A stretch of 64,000 nucleotides of DNA from Akkermansia muciniphila. GTDB taxonomy: Bacteria > Verrucomicrobiota > Verrucomicrobiia > Limisphaerales > SXTU01. A program made the translations under genes and the position numbers. The notes under the pieces were generated by a model. It worked only from the letters and a program-made list of their open reading frames with translations. It was not told where the DNA came from and did no database searches. Within the stretch, counting starts at the first letter, position 1, and every line of letters begins with the position of its first letter. Location: contig CAMCFN010000004.1 in the NCBI GenBank assembly GCA_945874145.1, positions 5,407-69,406 on the forward strand, in the 5' to 3' direction. Shown here piece after piece: positions 8,751-18,079 of this stretch.

Positions 8751-9338
8751 TCAAAGGTCGCCGAGATGCCAGACGCACTGGCAGCGCTCGCAGGGGAGGA
8801 TCACTCCCGGTCGGCTGCGGTCGCGGGTCAGGGTGGTTTGGCATTGCCGGCATTTATAGCGATTCAACGCGCGGACATGCAGCCACCAGTAAACCGCCCC
8901 GCCAACCAGCAGCCACATCAGCATCCATTTCAAGTCGCTGTGTGCGAAGGGCGTCGTCATCGAAAGCTTGCGACCAGCGGCGAGCGGGACGACGAGTGGA
9001 AGGCCAAAGACCAGCCCGTAGCCGGTCGCTTGGTCGCGACAAATCCACCGCCAATCTGTCCGACGGTCTTCGGCAATCTCCCGGTAGGACTCTTCGCCGC
9101 CTTTTGGGTCATCCGCCACCAACGCCTGCCGAAAGCCTTCCCGTTCTTCCGCCGTCATGGTGCGGTAATCGTTCCGCAGCCGTCGCTCCATCGATCTGAG
9201 GTAAGCACTGAGCAGGAAGTAGAACAGCAAAGCTGCCCCGAGTAGCAGCCAGCCGGTGCGCTGGCTCACCTGGCTCTTCACGAACTGCCAGCCCACAACC
9301 CAGAGGACAGTGCCAAGCAACAGGGTGGTGGGCCTCAT
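8751..9338 (-). CDS. hypothetical membrane protein with C-terminal zinc-ribbon (CxxC...CxxC)
   Basis: 195 aa with several hydrophobic helices. C-terminus CRQCQTTLTRDRSRPGVILPCERCQCVW. Reads more protein-like than the overlapping plus-strand ORF. Confidence 0.55.
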   Translation of the reverse strand: MRPTTLLLGTVLWVVGWQFVKSQVSQRTGWLLLGAALLFYFLLSAYLRSMERRLRNDYRTMTAEEREGFRQALVADDPKGGEESYREIAEDRRTDWRWICRDQATGYGLVFGLPLVVPLAAGRKLSMTTPFAHSDLKWMLMWLLVGGAVYWWLHVRALNRYKCRQCQTTLTRDRSRPGVILPCERCQCVWHLGDL

Positions 9339-9351
9339 GAGCGGGTCAGCT

Positions 9352-10404
9352 TTACCCCAGCTTCTGCCGCAACGCCTCGGCGATTAGGATGAAGGGCTTG
9401 CCTTGCGGGTCCGCCGGGTGGGAGACGGCGACGGGGATGCCTTTGTCGCTGCCTTCGCGGATTTCGAGGAAGAGGGGGACTTCGCCAAGGAAGGGGATTT
9501 TCTGTCGCTCGGCCTCGGCGCGTCCGCCGCCGTGGCCGAAGATTTCCACGCGCTCGCCGCCGGGGGTGATGAAGTAACTCATGTTCTCCACGATGCCCAG
9601 GAGCGGGACGTTCACCTTCTGGAACATCGCGATGCCCTTGCGCACGACGCCGAGCGAGGCCTCCTGCGGGGTGGTGACGATGACGCCGCCGTCGAGCGGC
9701 ACGGTCTGGCAGAGGGAGAGCTGGGCGTCGCCGGTGCCGGGCGGGAGGTCCACGAGGAGGTAGTCGAGCTGGCCCCAGTCCACCTGCGAGATGAACTGCT
9801 GGATGGTCTTCTGAATCATCGGGCCGCGCCAGATGACCGGCTGGTCGTCGGTGAGGAGGAAGCCCATGCTCATGAGCTTCACGCCGTGGTTGCTGGGCGG
9901 GACGAGCTTCTCGTCGTCGTTGACGATGGGGCGCTGGTGGATGCCCATCATGAGCGGGATGCTGGGGCCGTAGATGTCGCAGTCCAGCAGGCCGACGCGC
10001 GCGCCGAGGTGGCTGAGGGCGCAGGCGAGGTTCACGGAGCAGGTGGACTTGCCCACGCCGCCCTTGCCGCTGGCCACGGCGACGATGCGCTTGATGCCGG
10101 GGACTTTGTTCTGGTTCTGAAACGCACCACCGGCTGCGGGCGCTGCACCGGGCGCGGGGCCAGCGGGCTGCTTCACCTCCACGAAGACGTGGGTGACGCC
10201 GGGTTGGGCGCGGATGACGTTCTCGCACTCGGCCTTCACGATGCGGGCGGCGTCGGCGTTGGGCGAGGTGAGTTCGAGGCGGACATTGACCGCGCCGCCA
10301 TTCACGGCGACGTGCTTGACGAGTCCGAACGAGATGATGTCACGCGAGTAGCCGGGGTATTTAACGGCCTTGAGTGCGTCGAGGATGGCTTCTTGAGTCA
10401 GCAT
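9352..10404 (-). CDS. apbC: Mrp/NBP35 family Fe-S cluster carrier ATPase
   Basis: N-terminal DUF59-like domain, deviant Walker A motif ASGKGGVGKST, and CDIYGPS / CxxC-region typical of ApbC/Mrp. Confidence 0.9.
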   Translation of the reverse strand: MLTQEAILDALKAVKYPGYSRDIISFGLVKHVAVNGGAVNVRLELTSPNADAARIVKAECENVIRAQPGVTHVFVEVKQPAGPAPGAAPAAGGAFQNQNKVPGIKRIVAVASGKGGVGKSTCSVNLACALSHLGARVGLLDCDIYGPSIPLMMGIHQRPIVNDDEKLVPPSNHGVKLMSMGFLLTDDQPVIWRGPMIQKTIQQFISQVDWGQLDYLLVDLPPGTGDAQLSLCQTVPLDGGVIVTTPQEASLGVVRKGIAMFQKVNVPLLGIVENMSYFITPGGERVEIFGHGGGRAEAERQKIPFLGEVPLFLEIREGSDKGIPVAVSHPADPQGKPFILIAEALRQKLG

Positions 10405-10610
10405 GGTTGCGGGTCAGTTGCTAAAATTAGGGCGCGAATGTCGGCGGAAGCGATGGGTTTGGCAACTGCACAGAAGACCCGCGAGGGGCTGGCATTTGCG
10501 GGTGAACCGCCGGGCCGCACAGGAGCCAAGGTGCGTGGAAGCAGGTGGTTGGGATGAGCGGCGTTTGCTTTCACGTCTCTGCGCCTTGGCGTTCAATCCG
10601 GCTGCCCGGT

Positions 10611-11402
10611 TCAGGCCTTCACCCGGCTGCGCTTGCGCGAAAGGGACTTCACGCCGGGCACGGCGAAGAGGGCGGCCCCGACGATGCCGGCGTCATTGCC
10701 CATCGTGGCGGGCACAATCTTGCACTCGGCGGTTTCCAGATAGCGGAAGAACCGTTCCGGATCCGCGCTCACGCCGCCGCCGATGATAAAGAGGTCGGGA
10801 GCCAGCATGTATTCGAGCGTAGTGAGATAGCGGTCCACGTTGCGGCCCCATTGTTCCCAGCTCCACTTGTTGCGTTCGCGGGCAACTGTGGAGGCGAACT
10901 GCTCGGCGTCCTGCCCGCCGATTTCGAGGTGGCCCAGCTCAGTGTCCGGCAGCAGTGAGCCGTTGTGCAGCACGGCGGAGCCGATGCCGGTGCCCAAGGT
11001 GACGAGCACCACGGTGCCGCGCACCCCGCGCCCTGCACCAAAGCGCGCCTCTGCCAGACCGGCGGCGTCAGCGTCGTTGCCCACCGCGACAAACGGGACG
11101 CCCAAGGCGCGCCGCAGGTGTTCTACGATCTCATGCCGCACCCAGGATGCGTCGAGGTTGGGTGCCCGCCGGACAACACCGTGCTTGATGAGGCCGGGAA
11201 AGCCAACGCCCACGGGCCCCTGCCACTTGAGCCGCTTCGCCAGTTCGCCAATCGCGACCACGACGCCCTTGGGCGTCGCAGGACGGGGCGTCTTGGTGCG
11301 GATGACGGCGGTGGCCAGCGTGCCTTTGCGGGTGTCCACCACGGCGGCCTTGATGCTGGTGCCGCCGATGTCCACGCCGAGGATGAGATGCGAGTCGTTC
11401 AT
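10611..11402 (-). CDS. ppgK: ROK family polyphosphate/ATP glucokinase
   Basis: ILGVDIGGTSIKAAVVD, TPRPATP, GVGFPGLIKHGVV..APNLD, TLGTGIGSA. The pattern matches PpgK-type ROK kinases. Confidence 0.8.
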   Translation of the reverse strand: MNDSHLILGVDIGGTSIKAAVVDTRKGTLATAVIRTKTPRPATPKGVVVAIGELAKRLKWQGPVGVGFPGLIKHGVVRRAPNLDASWVRHEIVEHLRRALGVPFVAVGNDADAAGLAEARFGAGRGVRGTVVLVTLGTGIGSAVLHNGSLLPDTELGHLEIGGQDAEQFASTVARERNKWSWEQWGRNVDRYLTTLEYMLAPDLFIIGGGVSADPERFFRYLETAECKIVPATMGNDAGIVGAALFAVPGVKSLSRKRSRVKA

Positions 11403-11453
11403 GTGCGAGGCTGGGCCCAGCCGCCCGTATGAAACCGTTTCTCCGGTCCCGGC

Positions 11454-13580
11454 TCAAGCCTTTGCCGGAGCTTCCTTGTCGCGCGCCGCAAAGACGGGAC
11501 CAGGCCGACGCGCCTCCAGCACGATGCGAAAGCCGACGATGTCCACCCGATGACCAGGGGAGTTCATTAGCCGGGCGGAAGAGAGCAGCATGTGCCGCTT
11601 GGCGCTGTGCCAGGATGCGCCACGCAGGACGCGGCAATTTTGGCCGCTGTCATAAGCATCCTGGCACCACTCCCAGACATTGCCGCCGAGGTCGTAAAGA
11701 CCGTGGCGGTTCGCCGGAAAACTGCCCACGGGCGAGGTGTAATCGAAGCCGCTGGGACGCAGTTCGGAGTCATAGTTGCCCGCGCCTTTCGGCGGCGGCC
11801 ATTGGGTGCCCCACGGATAGACATTGCGAATCTTGCCGTCGCGGTCGGCGGGCGTCGCGCCCGTTTCCTTGGGCAGATCCACTGCGGCGCTCCATTCGAG
11901 ATCCGTGGGCAGGCGGTAGGTGTCACGTTCGCCCAGCCGCCCGGCCTTGCGCTCGCGCTCGGTGAGCCACTGGCAAAAGGCGCGGGCATCGTCCCAACTG
12001 GTGTTCACCGCAGGGTGGGTCGGTTCCTGGCGGAACTTGGGCCGCGTCCACTTGTGCTGCTGCTCTCTCGCGAAGACGTCGTAGTCCTGCACCCGGACCG
12101 GCCAGATGCCAAAAAGCACCGTGGTGCCCGGCACCGGCACGAAGCGCACGCCGAGCGAGTTGGTGTAAGCCTCGCGGTTTAGCTGGGCACGGATCGCGCC
12201 GAGGCGGTTCCGCCGTCCCCAGTGGACCTGCACGGTCTTGGTCAACGGTTCGTAGAGGCTGGGATCAAGGGTGAGTTGGTAAGTGCCGGGCTCCAGCAGA
12301 TCGCCGGGGCGCACCACGCGGCCATTGAAAAACGCCCAAGCTTTCTCGGGGTCTTCCACGAGGTGTCCGCCCGCTTCGATTTGGAAATCCACGCGGGTCC
12401 GTGCGCGTAATGACCTCCCGAAGCGTTTGGCCCCTTGCACTAGCAGCACGATCGCCAGTCCGGGGCCGGCCACCGGCAGCAGTTGCTGGTGGAATCGCGC
12501 GCATAGCAACGCGACGGCGGCGACGCCGGCCAGCTCGCCGATCGCCCGTGTGCGCGCGGCGGCAAGTCGGGGTTCGAGGCCATGGCGCAAGTGGTCACAT
12601 TGCCGAACGAGCCGCTTGAACAGGGAATGTCCGTCACGCGCGTAGTCGGAGTTTTTCCATTCCTCAAGTCCGCCATGGAACTTGACGAGCCGGTCGTGGA
12701 AGACCTGGAGTCGGGCTTCCAGCTCCACTTTGCGGGGCGCAACTGTCCACGGCTGCGCGAAGGGCGCGCGCCACGGGGTTTCCAGTTCCACTTGGAGCTG
12801 GGTGAACTTGGTCTCCACTTCGCGGAGGTTTTTCCGCCAGTCCTCGATGGTTTCGTTGATGCTGTTGTAGGGCAGGTCAGCAAACTCCGTGGTGCATTCG
12901 GCCAGCAACGCTGCCGCCCGAGCGAAATCGCCGGCTTCCGCCAGCGCCAGGGCCTCCTCCAGCACCACGCTCTGATGGGTGTGCAGCTCCAGCAGCTCGG
13001 TGCCCGCGTCCCGCACACTGGCGAGGTGGTTGAACACCTGCGCATGCAGCTCGCCTTCGCCGTGCGCAAAGCCACACAGGGCAATGCGGTCCGCCAGCAA
13101 GAGTTTGGAATCAGGCCGGGCGGCCTGGGCGAAAGCGGGCAGTTCGGCGGCCAGGTCAATTGTCCCGTTGTCCATCACGAGATCTTTGTTCAGAAAACCC
13201 GCCGCCAGCCGGTGCTGGTGCTCCACCAGGTTGCGCAGAGCCAGCTCGGCAGCGGCTTGCCCCTCGACAAGCTGCTGGCGGGCGAGCGGGTTTTTCTTGG
13301 GGTCCAGCAGCGGCAGGGCCAGCTCCAACTGCTCCTTCACAAAATCCCCGATGGCTTGCAGCACGCGCTCCAGGCGCTCGACCTCGCGGTTCACGAAGCC
13401 AGCCGGATCGTCTGGGACATCCCCATCGGCGCGGTGGAGCGCCAGATATTCCGCCAGCTCGTTTTGAAACTCGCGGTGCGCGATCAGATCGGCTGTGTCG
13501 TGAAAGGTGTTGCTGGCATTCCGAAGGCTGCCGGCGGTCGCCTGCAAAACGGCCAGCTTACGGGTGAGGTCGAGGTTCAT
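11454..13580 (-). CDS. FGE-sulfatase (SUMF1-like) domain protein with large helical N-domain and TM hairpin; catalytic Cys pair absent
   Basis: C-terminal YPWG..NYD, NRHGLYDLGGNVWEWCQD and RVLRGASW are FGE-fold blocks. Central hydrophobic pair AIGELAGVAAVALLCARF / LLPVAGPGLAIVLLVQGA. ATG 13580 chosen because it forms an ATGA overlap with the upstream small ORF; the track ORF extends to 13757. Confidence 0.75.
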   Translation of the reverse strand: MNLDLTRKLAVLQATAGSLRNASNTFHDTADLIAHREFQNELAEYLALHRADGDVPDDPAGFVNREVERLERVLQAIGDFVKEQLELALPLLDPKKNPLARQQLVEGQAAAELALRNLVEHQHRLAAGFLNKDLVMDNGTIDLAAELPAFAQAARPDSKLLLADRIALCGFAHGEGELHAQVFNHLASVRDAGTELLELHTHQSVVLEEALALAEAGDFARAAALLAECTTEFADLPYNSINETIEDWRKNLREVETKFTQLQVELETPWRAPFAQPWTVAPRKVELEARLQVFHDRLVKFHGGLEEWKNSDYARDGHSLFKRLVRQCDHLRHGLEPRLAAARTRAIGELAGVAAVALLCARFHQQLLPVAGPGLAIVLLVQGAKRFGRSLRARTRVDFQIEAGGHLVEDPEKAWAFFNGRVVRPGDLLEPGTYQLTLDPSLYEPLTKTVQVHWGRRNRLGAIRAQLNREAYTNSLGVRFVPVPGTTVLFGIWPVRVQDYDVFAREQQHKWTRPKFRQEPTHPAVNTSWDDARAFCQWLTERERKAGRLGERDTYRLPTDLEWSAAVDLPKETGATPADRDGKIRNVYPWGTQWPPPKGAGNYDSELRPSGFDYTSPVGSFPANRHGLYDLGGNVWEWCQDAYDSGQNCRVLRGASWHSAKRHMLLSSARLMNSPGHRVDIVGFRIVLEARRPGPVFAARDKEAPAKA

Positions 13581-13882
13581 CCGAAGTGGCGCTTGAGCTG
13601 GCGCAAGGTCGCCACCGCATCCGCCATGCTCTGGCGCGAGACGACGACTTGCTGTTCGCGGGCGGCCTGCGCCTCCGTGGCGGCCTGCGCCTCGGCCAGG
13701 CGAGCTTGCTCGGCAGCGAGCTGCCGCTGGGCCATCGCCCGTTGCTCCTCCAAGCAAGTTTCCAGGACACGGAGCTGCCGGCGTTGCAGCGTGAGAAGTT
13801 GCATCAGGAGCACGACCATCCCGCCGACAAGGGCGAGCACAAGCATCCCGAGGTAGGGGTTCAACTGGTCCAGCGTGAGCAT
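13577..13882 (-). CDS. small membrane-anchored coiled-coil protein (101 aa)
   Basis: N-terminal TM LGMLVLALVGGMVVLLMQLL, followed by a Q/A/E/R-rich heptad-like helix. Its stop overlaps the ATG of the FGE-like gene (ATGA). Confidence 0.55.
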   Translation of the reverse strand: MLTLDQLNPYLGMLVLALVGGMVVLLMQLLTLQRRQLRVLETCLEEQRAMAQRQLAAEQARLAEAQAATEAQAAREQQVVVSRQSMADAVATLRQLKRHFG

Positions 13883-13960
13883 GGGAACGGCGCGAGACTA
13901 CTGGTTACGTCCTGCTGGACAACCGAGAAAACCGCAGCTCCGCGCCGAGCCATGCCCGGG

Positions 13961-14878
13961 CTACTTGGAGAGCGCCACGATGTAGCGCTGAAACCGCACG
14001 GTCTCTTCCGCAAGGTTCAGGCTGTTGTAGATGTGATGAAGGTTGGAGCAGACCCTTAGCAGCATGCGTCGCGGTGTGACGGACGCCAGAAAGCCGTCAT
14101 GAAACGCGTGCCCGGACTGGATCAGGAACTTGATGCAGTCCCCCTTGGTCATCAGCTTCCCCTTGCGGAAGGGATCGATGAACACCTCGCCGCGCGAGGT
14201 TTGAAACCGGCAGATGAAGTGCCCCGGCATGCCGATGCCCGTCACCGGCAGGCGCAGCCGCCGCGCCACGGCGAGATACACGATGGACAGGCTGATGGGG
14301 TTGCCCGTCCGGCGATCCATCACCCGGTTCAGGTAGCTGTTGTCCGGGTCCGAATAATCCTTCTCGTTGCCCGTGAAACCCAGGTCCGTGAAGAGGAAGT
14401 AGTTGATGGTCGCCAGAATCCGGTCCGGAGCCGCGCCGAAATCCACCCGCGTCCGCAGGTCCGCCGCATAACTGTCAAACAGCGCCGAGTAGGCGAGCGC
14501 GTTGATGTTCGGGTATTGCGTCTGGCACAGGAGCCACACGGCCTGTTCCAGATCGAAGTCCTCGCCCCGCGTCAGGCAGAAGGCGAGAAAGCGGTTGTCC
14601 GCCGCGCCTCGCTCGAAATGATCGACAATCTCCTGCGCCCGCCGCCGCAGCACCGGGTCGCTGCTCAGCGTGTGCGCCCGCAGCCAGTCCCGCGCGGGTT
14701 GGCCTTGCTCGATGATTTTGGACCGGATGATCTGGTAGATGGCGGGGTCGTCATCCGTCAGGAGGGTCAACAGCGCGGCGCGCTGGCCCTCGGTAAGGGC
14801 CGCCGGTGCGGGCGCGCTGGTGACGGGCAGATTCACGGCTACAGGCCGGACGGTGGCAAAGTCTGGCCACTGATTCAA
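13961..14878 (-). CDS. transglutaminase-like / SirB1 (UPF0162) family protein
   Basis: NYFLFTDLGFTGNEKDYSDPDNSYLNRVMDRRTGNPISLSIVYLAVARRLRLPVTGIGMPGHFICRF is the characteristic SirB1-type core. Confidence 0.7.
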   Translation of the reverse strand: MNQWPDFATVRPVAVNLPVTSAPAPAALTEGQRAALLTLLTDDDPAIYQIIRSKIIEQGQPARDWLRAHTLSSDPVLRRRAQEIVDHFERGAADNRFLAFCLTRGEDFDLEQAVWLLCQTQYPNINALAYSALFDSYAADLRTRVDFGAAPDRILATINYFLFTDLGFTGNEKDYSDPDNSYLNRVMDRRTGNPISLSIVYLAVARRLRLPVTGIGMPGHFICRFQTSRGEVFIDPFRKGKLMTKGDCIKFLIQSGHAFHDGFLASVTPRRMLLRVCSNLHHIYNSLNLAEETVRFQRYIVALSK

Positions 14879-14958
14879 CCAATTAACCGTGTCCGGACAG
14901 ATGAAGCAACGGCCGGTTCAGCTTTCCCTGCGCGGCCAGTTCATGCTTACCTGTCGGC

Positions 14959-16302
14959 ATGAAATCCACCGCGCGCCTCGCCTTTCTGTTGTGGCTGGCC
15001 GGGCTCCTGGCGGCCGGCAGCACTGCCGCCGCGAAGCCGAATCTCATCCTCTTCATGGCCGACGACCTCGGCTACGAGACCATCGGTGCGAACGGTGGCA
15101 CGAGCTACAAGACGCCCGTGCTAGACAAGCTGGCCGCCACCGGCGCGCGCTTCACGCACTGTTTCGTGCAGCCGCTCTGCACCCCGACGCGCGTGCAGCT
15201 CATGACCGGCCAATACAACGTGAGGAACTACATCAACTTCGGAAACATGGACCCGAAGCTCACCACCTTCGGCAACCTCCTCAAGTCCGCCGGCTACGCC
15301 ACGTGCATCACCGGCAAATGGCAGCTCGGCCGCGACGTGGACCTGCCGAAGAAGTTCGGCTTCGACGAGCATTGCCTCTGGCAGCACACGCGCCGCCCGC
15401 CGCGCTACGCGAACGCCGGCCTGGAAATCAACGGCGTCGAGAAGGACTACACGAACGGCGAATATGGCCCCGACCTCGTCAACGACTACGCCCTCGACTT
15501 CGTCACGCGGCACAAGGACAAGCCCTTCTTCCTCTACTACCCGATGATGCTCACGCACGACCCCTACCAGCCCACCCCCGACAGCAAGGATTGGAACCCG
15601 AAGGCACAGGGCGAGCAGGTGAACCGTGACCCCAAGCACTTCGGCGACATGGTGGAATACATGGACAAACTCATCGGCAAGCTCGTCACGCGGCTCGATG
15701 AACTGAAGCTACGCGACAACACGCTGCTCCTCTTCGTCGGCGACAACGGCACCGGCCGCGGCACGCGCTCAATGATGGGCGACAAGGTGGTCATCGGCGG
15801 CAAGGGCACGACAACCGAGTTCGGCATGCATGTCCCGCTCATCGCGAACTGGCCGGGCAAACTCGCCGCCGGAAAAGTCCACGCTGACCTCGCCGACAGC
15901 ACGGACTTCCTGCCGACGCTGTTGGACGCCGCCGGGGCGAAAGCGCCTGCCGGACTAAAGTTCGACGGTCGCAGCTTCCTGCCACAGGCGCGCGGGGAGA
16001 AAGGTCAGCCGCGCGAATGGGTTTACTCCTGGTATTCGCCGCGGCAGGGCGAGGACATGACGGTGCGCGAACTGGCCTTCAACCACCGCTTCAAGCTCTA
16101 CCGCTCCGGCGATTTCTTCGACCTCGAAAAGGACATCGCGGAGAAACAGCCGCTCCAAGTCGCGTCACTTACCGGCGAGGCCGCCGCCGCCGCGAAGCTG
16201 CTGCAAGGCGCGCTCGACCAGTTCAAGGACGTGCGACCAGTGAACCTCGACCAACCCGGCGCGAAGACCGACAAAGCCAAGGCGAAAAAGAAGGCGAAGT
16301 GA
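14959..16302 (+). CDS. Cys-type sulfatase (arylsulfatase A family)
   Basis: Signal peptide. [13 protein letters not shown]. Sulfatase signature [14 protein letters not shown] (C-x-P-x-R). Confidence 0.9.
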   Translation: MKSTARLAFLLWLAGLLAAGSTAAAKPNLILFMADDLGYETIGANGGTSYKTPVLDKLAATGARFTHCFVQPLCTPTRVQLMTGQYNVRNYINFGNMDPKLTTFGNLLKSAGYATCITGKWQLGRDVDLPKKFGFDEHCLWQHTRRPPRYANAGLEINGVEKDYTNGEYGPDLVNDYALDFVTRHKDKPFFLYYPMMLTHDPYQPTPDSKDWNPKAQGEQVNRDPKHFGDMVEYMDKLIGKLVTRLDELKLRDNTLLLFVGDNGTGRGTRSMMGDKVVIGGKGTTTEFGMHVPLIANWPGKLAAGKVHADLADSTDFLPTLLDAAGAKAPAGLKFDGRSFLPQARGEKGQPREWVYSWYSPRQGEDMTVRELAFNHRFKLYRSGDFFDLEKDIAEKQPLQVASLTGEAAAAAKLLQGALDQFKDVRPVNLDQPGAKTDKAKAKKKAK

Positions 16303-16306
16303 CTTT

Positions 16307-16514
16307 GGCTGCGTAGCAGCCGAACAAAAGTAGCCGTGGGTGACGCGAGCGCAGCAAGCGGAACCCACGGTTTCCAAGGTGGGACAGTCCACCGCGTAGC
16401 GGTGGCACATTGTTCAACCGCGACGCGGTTGCCGGCCTCTTTCGTGTCATCCGTGGGTTCCGTTCGCGGGGCGAACTCCACCCACGGCTATTGTTGTTTG
16501 GCCCCGCTGGAGCC
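16307..16514. repeat. MITE-like 208-bp nested palindromic element between convergent genes
   Basis: Imperfect terminal inverted repeats of about 64 nt (16307-16370 vs 16451-16514). Each arm is itself a hairpin: CCGTGGGT...ACCCACGG at 16334-16370 and 16451-16487. Two internal hairpins: CCACCGC-GTA-GCGGTGG at 16389-16405 and CAACCGCG-A-CGCGGTTG at 16415-16431. Confidence 0.6.
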
Positions 16515-16543
16515 AAAGCTCGAGGCTGTCAAAGTGAACCCAC

Positions 16544-17971
16544 TCACTTCCCGTCAAAGTTACCCTCCACCTTCGCCGCGCCTGCCGTGACCTCCTGCCC
16601 GTTCGCCAGCAAGTTTTGGAGAATCCAGTTGCCCTTCCCGCCGATGACTTGCAGCGAGCGCGTCGCCTTGCGCTCCACACGGTCGTCGCGAATCACGCAG
16701 CCGGCCACGCGCGTGTTCGTCGTGTCGCGCAGCAGCAGGCCAACGCCGTCGGAATCGAGGACGGTCGCGTTGGCGAGGTGGAAGCGGTCGCACTTCTCGA
16801 TGAGCACGGCGGCGGGTTTGCGCCACACGCCGTTGACGTGCAATCCGGTGAGCGTGCAATCGCGCGAGCCGCGAAAGACGAGGCCGCCGTTCACATTCGT
16901 GCTCGTGCCGTAGTTGTAGCGCGGATTGCGGTCGAAGACGTTCGGCCCGACGACCACGTTGCTCGAATCCTCCACGAGCAGGTCATGCTGGTAGCCCATC
17001 CAGAATGTGTTGCCCGTGAGCGTCACACCACGTGAGTTCTTCAAGTGGACGTTCACCTGCACGTCACTCAACACGTTGCCCGTGATCGTGACGTGGCCTT
17101 CCTGAGTTTTCGCCGAGCCGATGCGCCGTGCCAAAGCCGCGTCGTCGCCCTGCCCAAGGATGCGGATGTTCGCCGAGTCGGGGCCAACGCTGTTGTGCTG
17201 GATGGTGCAGCCGGTGATGGCGACCTCGCCGATGGAGCCGCCGGCGGAATCGAAGAGGACGTTCGCGGTGGGTGGCGCGTCCTTGGTCATGTTGCTTTCG
17301 ATGTCACAGTTGGCGATGTGGACGTTCCGCACGTTGCCGCCGCGCCCGACGATGCCGCCGCCCGCGCAATAGCTGATGTGGCTGCCGGTGATGTTGGACT
17401 GGTGGAGGTTCACGTTGTCGTAGAACACGCCGATGCCCGTGCAGTGGTAGATGTGGCAGTCGCTGATGAGCACGTTGCGATTGCGCACGGCGAGGTGGAT
17501 GCCGTGGCGCACGGAGCGGATGTGTGTGCGCGTGATGGTGATTTGCATCGTGCCCTCGGCCTCGATGCCGTCGGCCTCCGCGTGCGCGCCCTCGATGGCG
17601 AGCGAGTCCACGACCGGCATCCGCTGGCGCTCCCAGACGTTCGGCTTGAACTGATCGGGGTCCGCCGTGCCGCCGTGCGTGCCGAGGAACTTGAACGCCG
17701 GCCCCGCTCCCGCCATCACCACACGCGCCGTGCCATCGCCGACAAGCGAGACGAAGCCGGCCTTGTCCAAGTCCACGAGCACGGTCTTCGTAACCCGGTA
17801 GGTGCCCTTGGTGAAGCGCACGCCACCCCCCGCGTTGACTGCGCGCTGGATGGCCGTCGTGTCGTCCGTGCCGCCATCGCCTTTCGCCCCGAACTCGCGG
17901 ACATCGCTGGCGGCCGCGCTCCAGCTAATGGTGACAATGCCAAGCAGCCAGCTCATCGAGATGTGATTCAT
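16544..17971 (-). CDS. right-handed parallel beta-helix protein (pectate-lyase superfamily / GH28-related)
   Basis: Signal peptide MNHISMSWLLGIVTISWSAAA. FGAKGDGGTDDTTAIQRAVNAGGGVRF motif. Many NVxI/TGN beta-helix repeats. The track ORF extends to 18100. Confidence 0.8.
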   Translation of the reverse strand: MNHISMSWLLGIVTISWSAAASDVREFGAKGDGGTDDTTAIQRAVNAGGGVRFTKGTYRVTKTVLVDLDKAGFVSLVGDGTARVVMAGAGPAFKFLGTHGGTADPDQFKPNVWERQRMPVVDSLAIEGAHAEADGIEAEGTMQITITRTHIRSVRHGIHLAVRNRNVLISDCHIYHCTGIGVFYDNVNLHQSNITGSHISYCAGGGIVGRGGNVRNVHIANCDIESNMTKDAPPTANVLFDSAGGSIGEVAITGCTIQHNSVGPDSANIRILGQGDDAALARRIGSAKTQEGHVTITGNVLSDVQVNVHLKNSRGVTLTGNTFWMGYQHDLLVEDSSNVVVGPNVFDRNPRYNYGTSTNVNGGLVFRGSRDCTLTGLHVNGVWRKPAAVLIEKCDRFHLANATVLDSDGVGLLLRDTTNTRVAGCVIRDDRVERKATRSLQVIGGKGNWILQNLLANGQEVTAGAAKVEGNFDGK

Positions 17972-18079
17972 GCGGGCATTGGATGCCCACCGGCCGGGGC
18001 GATCAAGCGCAATGCCGCCGCCCCACTTTGCCATCACGCTCGCTTGACAGCGACGCCCGCCCAACGAAGCTCGGCGGCA

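Noticed and set aside
5888-9338. XerC/D-type recombinase + TA pair + zinc-ribbon membrane protein considered as an integrated mobile island
   Set aside because: The recombinase has housekeeping XerC/D length and motifs. I found no flanking direct repeats and no tRNA target. No obvious compositional break was visible by eye.
13581-13757. Upstream extension of the FGE-like ORF (track start 13757)
   Set aside because: The extension is Gly/Arg/Ala-rich and overlaps the better-supported 101-aa TM/coiled-coil ORF in another frame. ATG 13580 gives a clean ATGA coupling.
17045-18079. N-terminal 345 codons of the 739-aa plus-strand ORF
   Set aside because: It is antisense to the beta-helix gene 16544..17971 and is Asp/Ala/Val/Arg-rich nonsense. 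Real protein features (signal-like region, DUF1565-like motif) begin only at ATG 18080.
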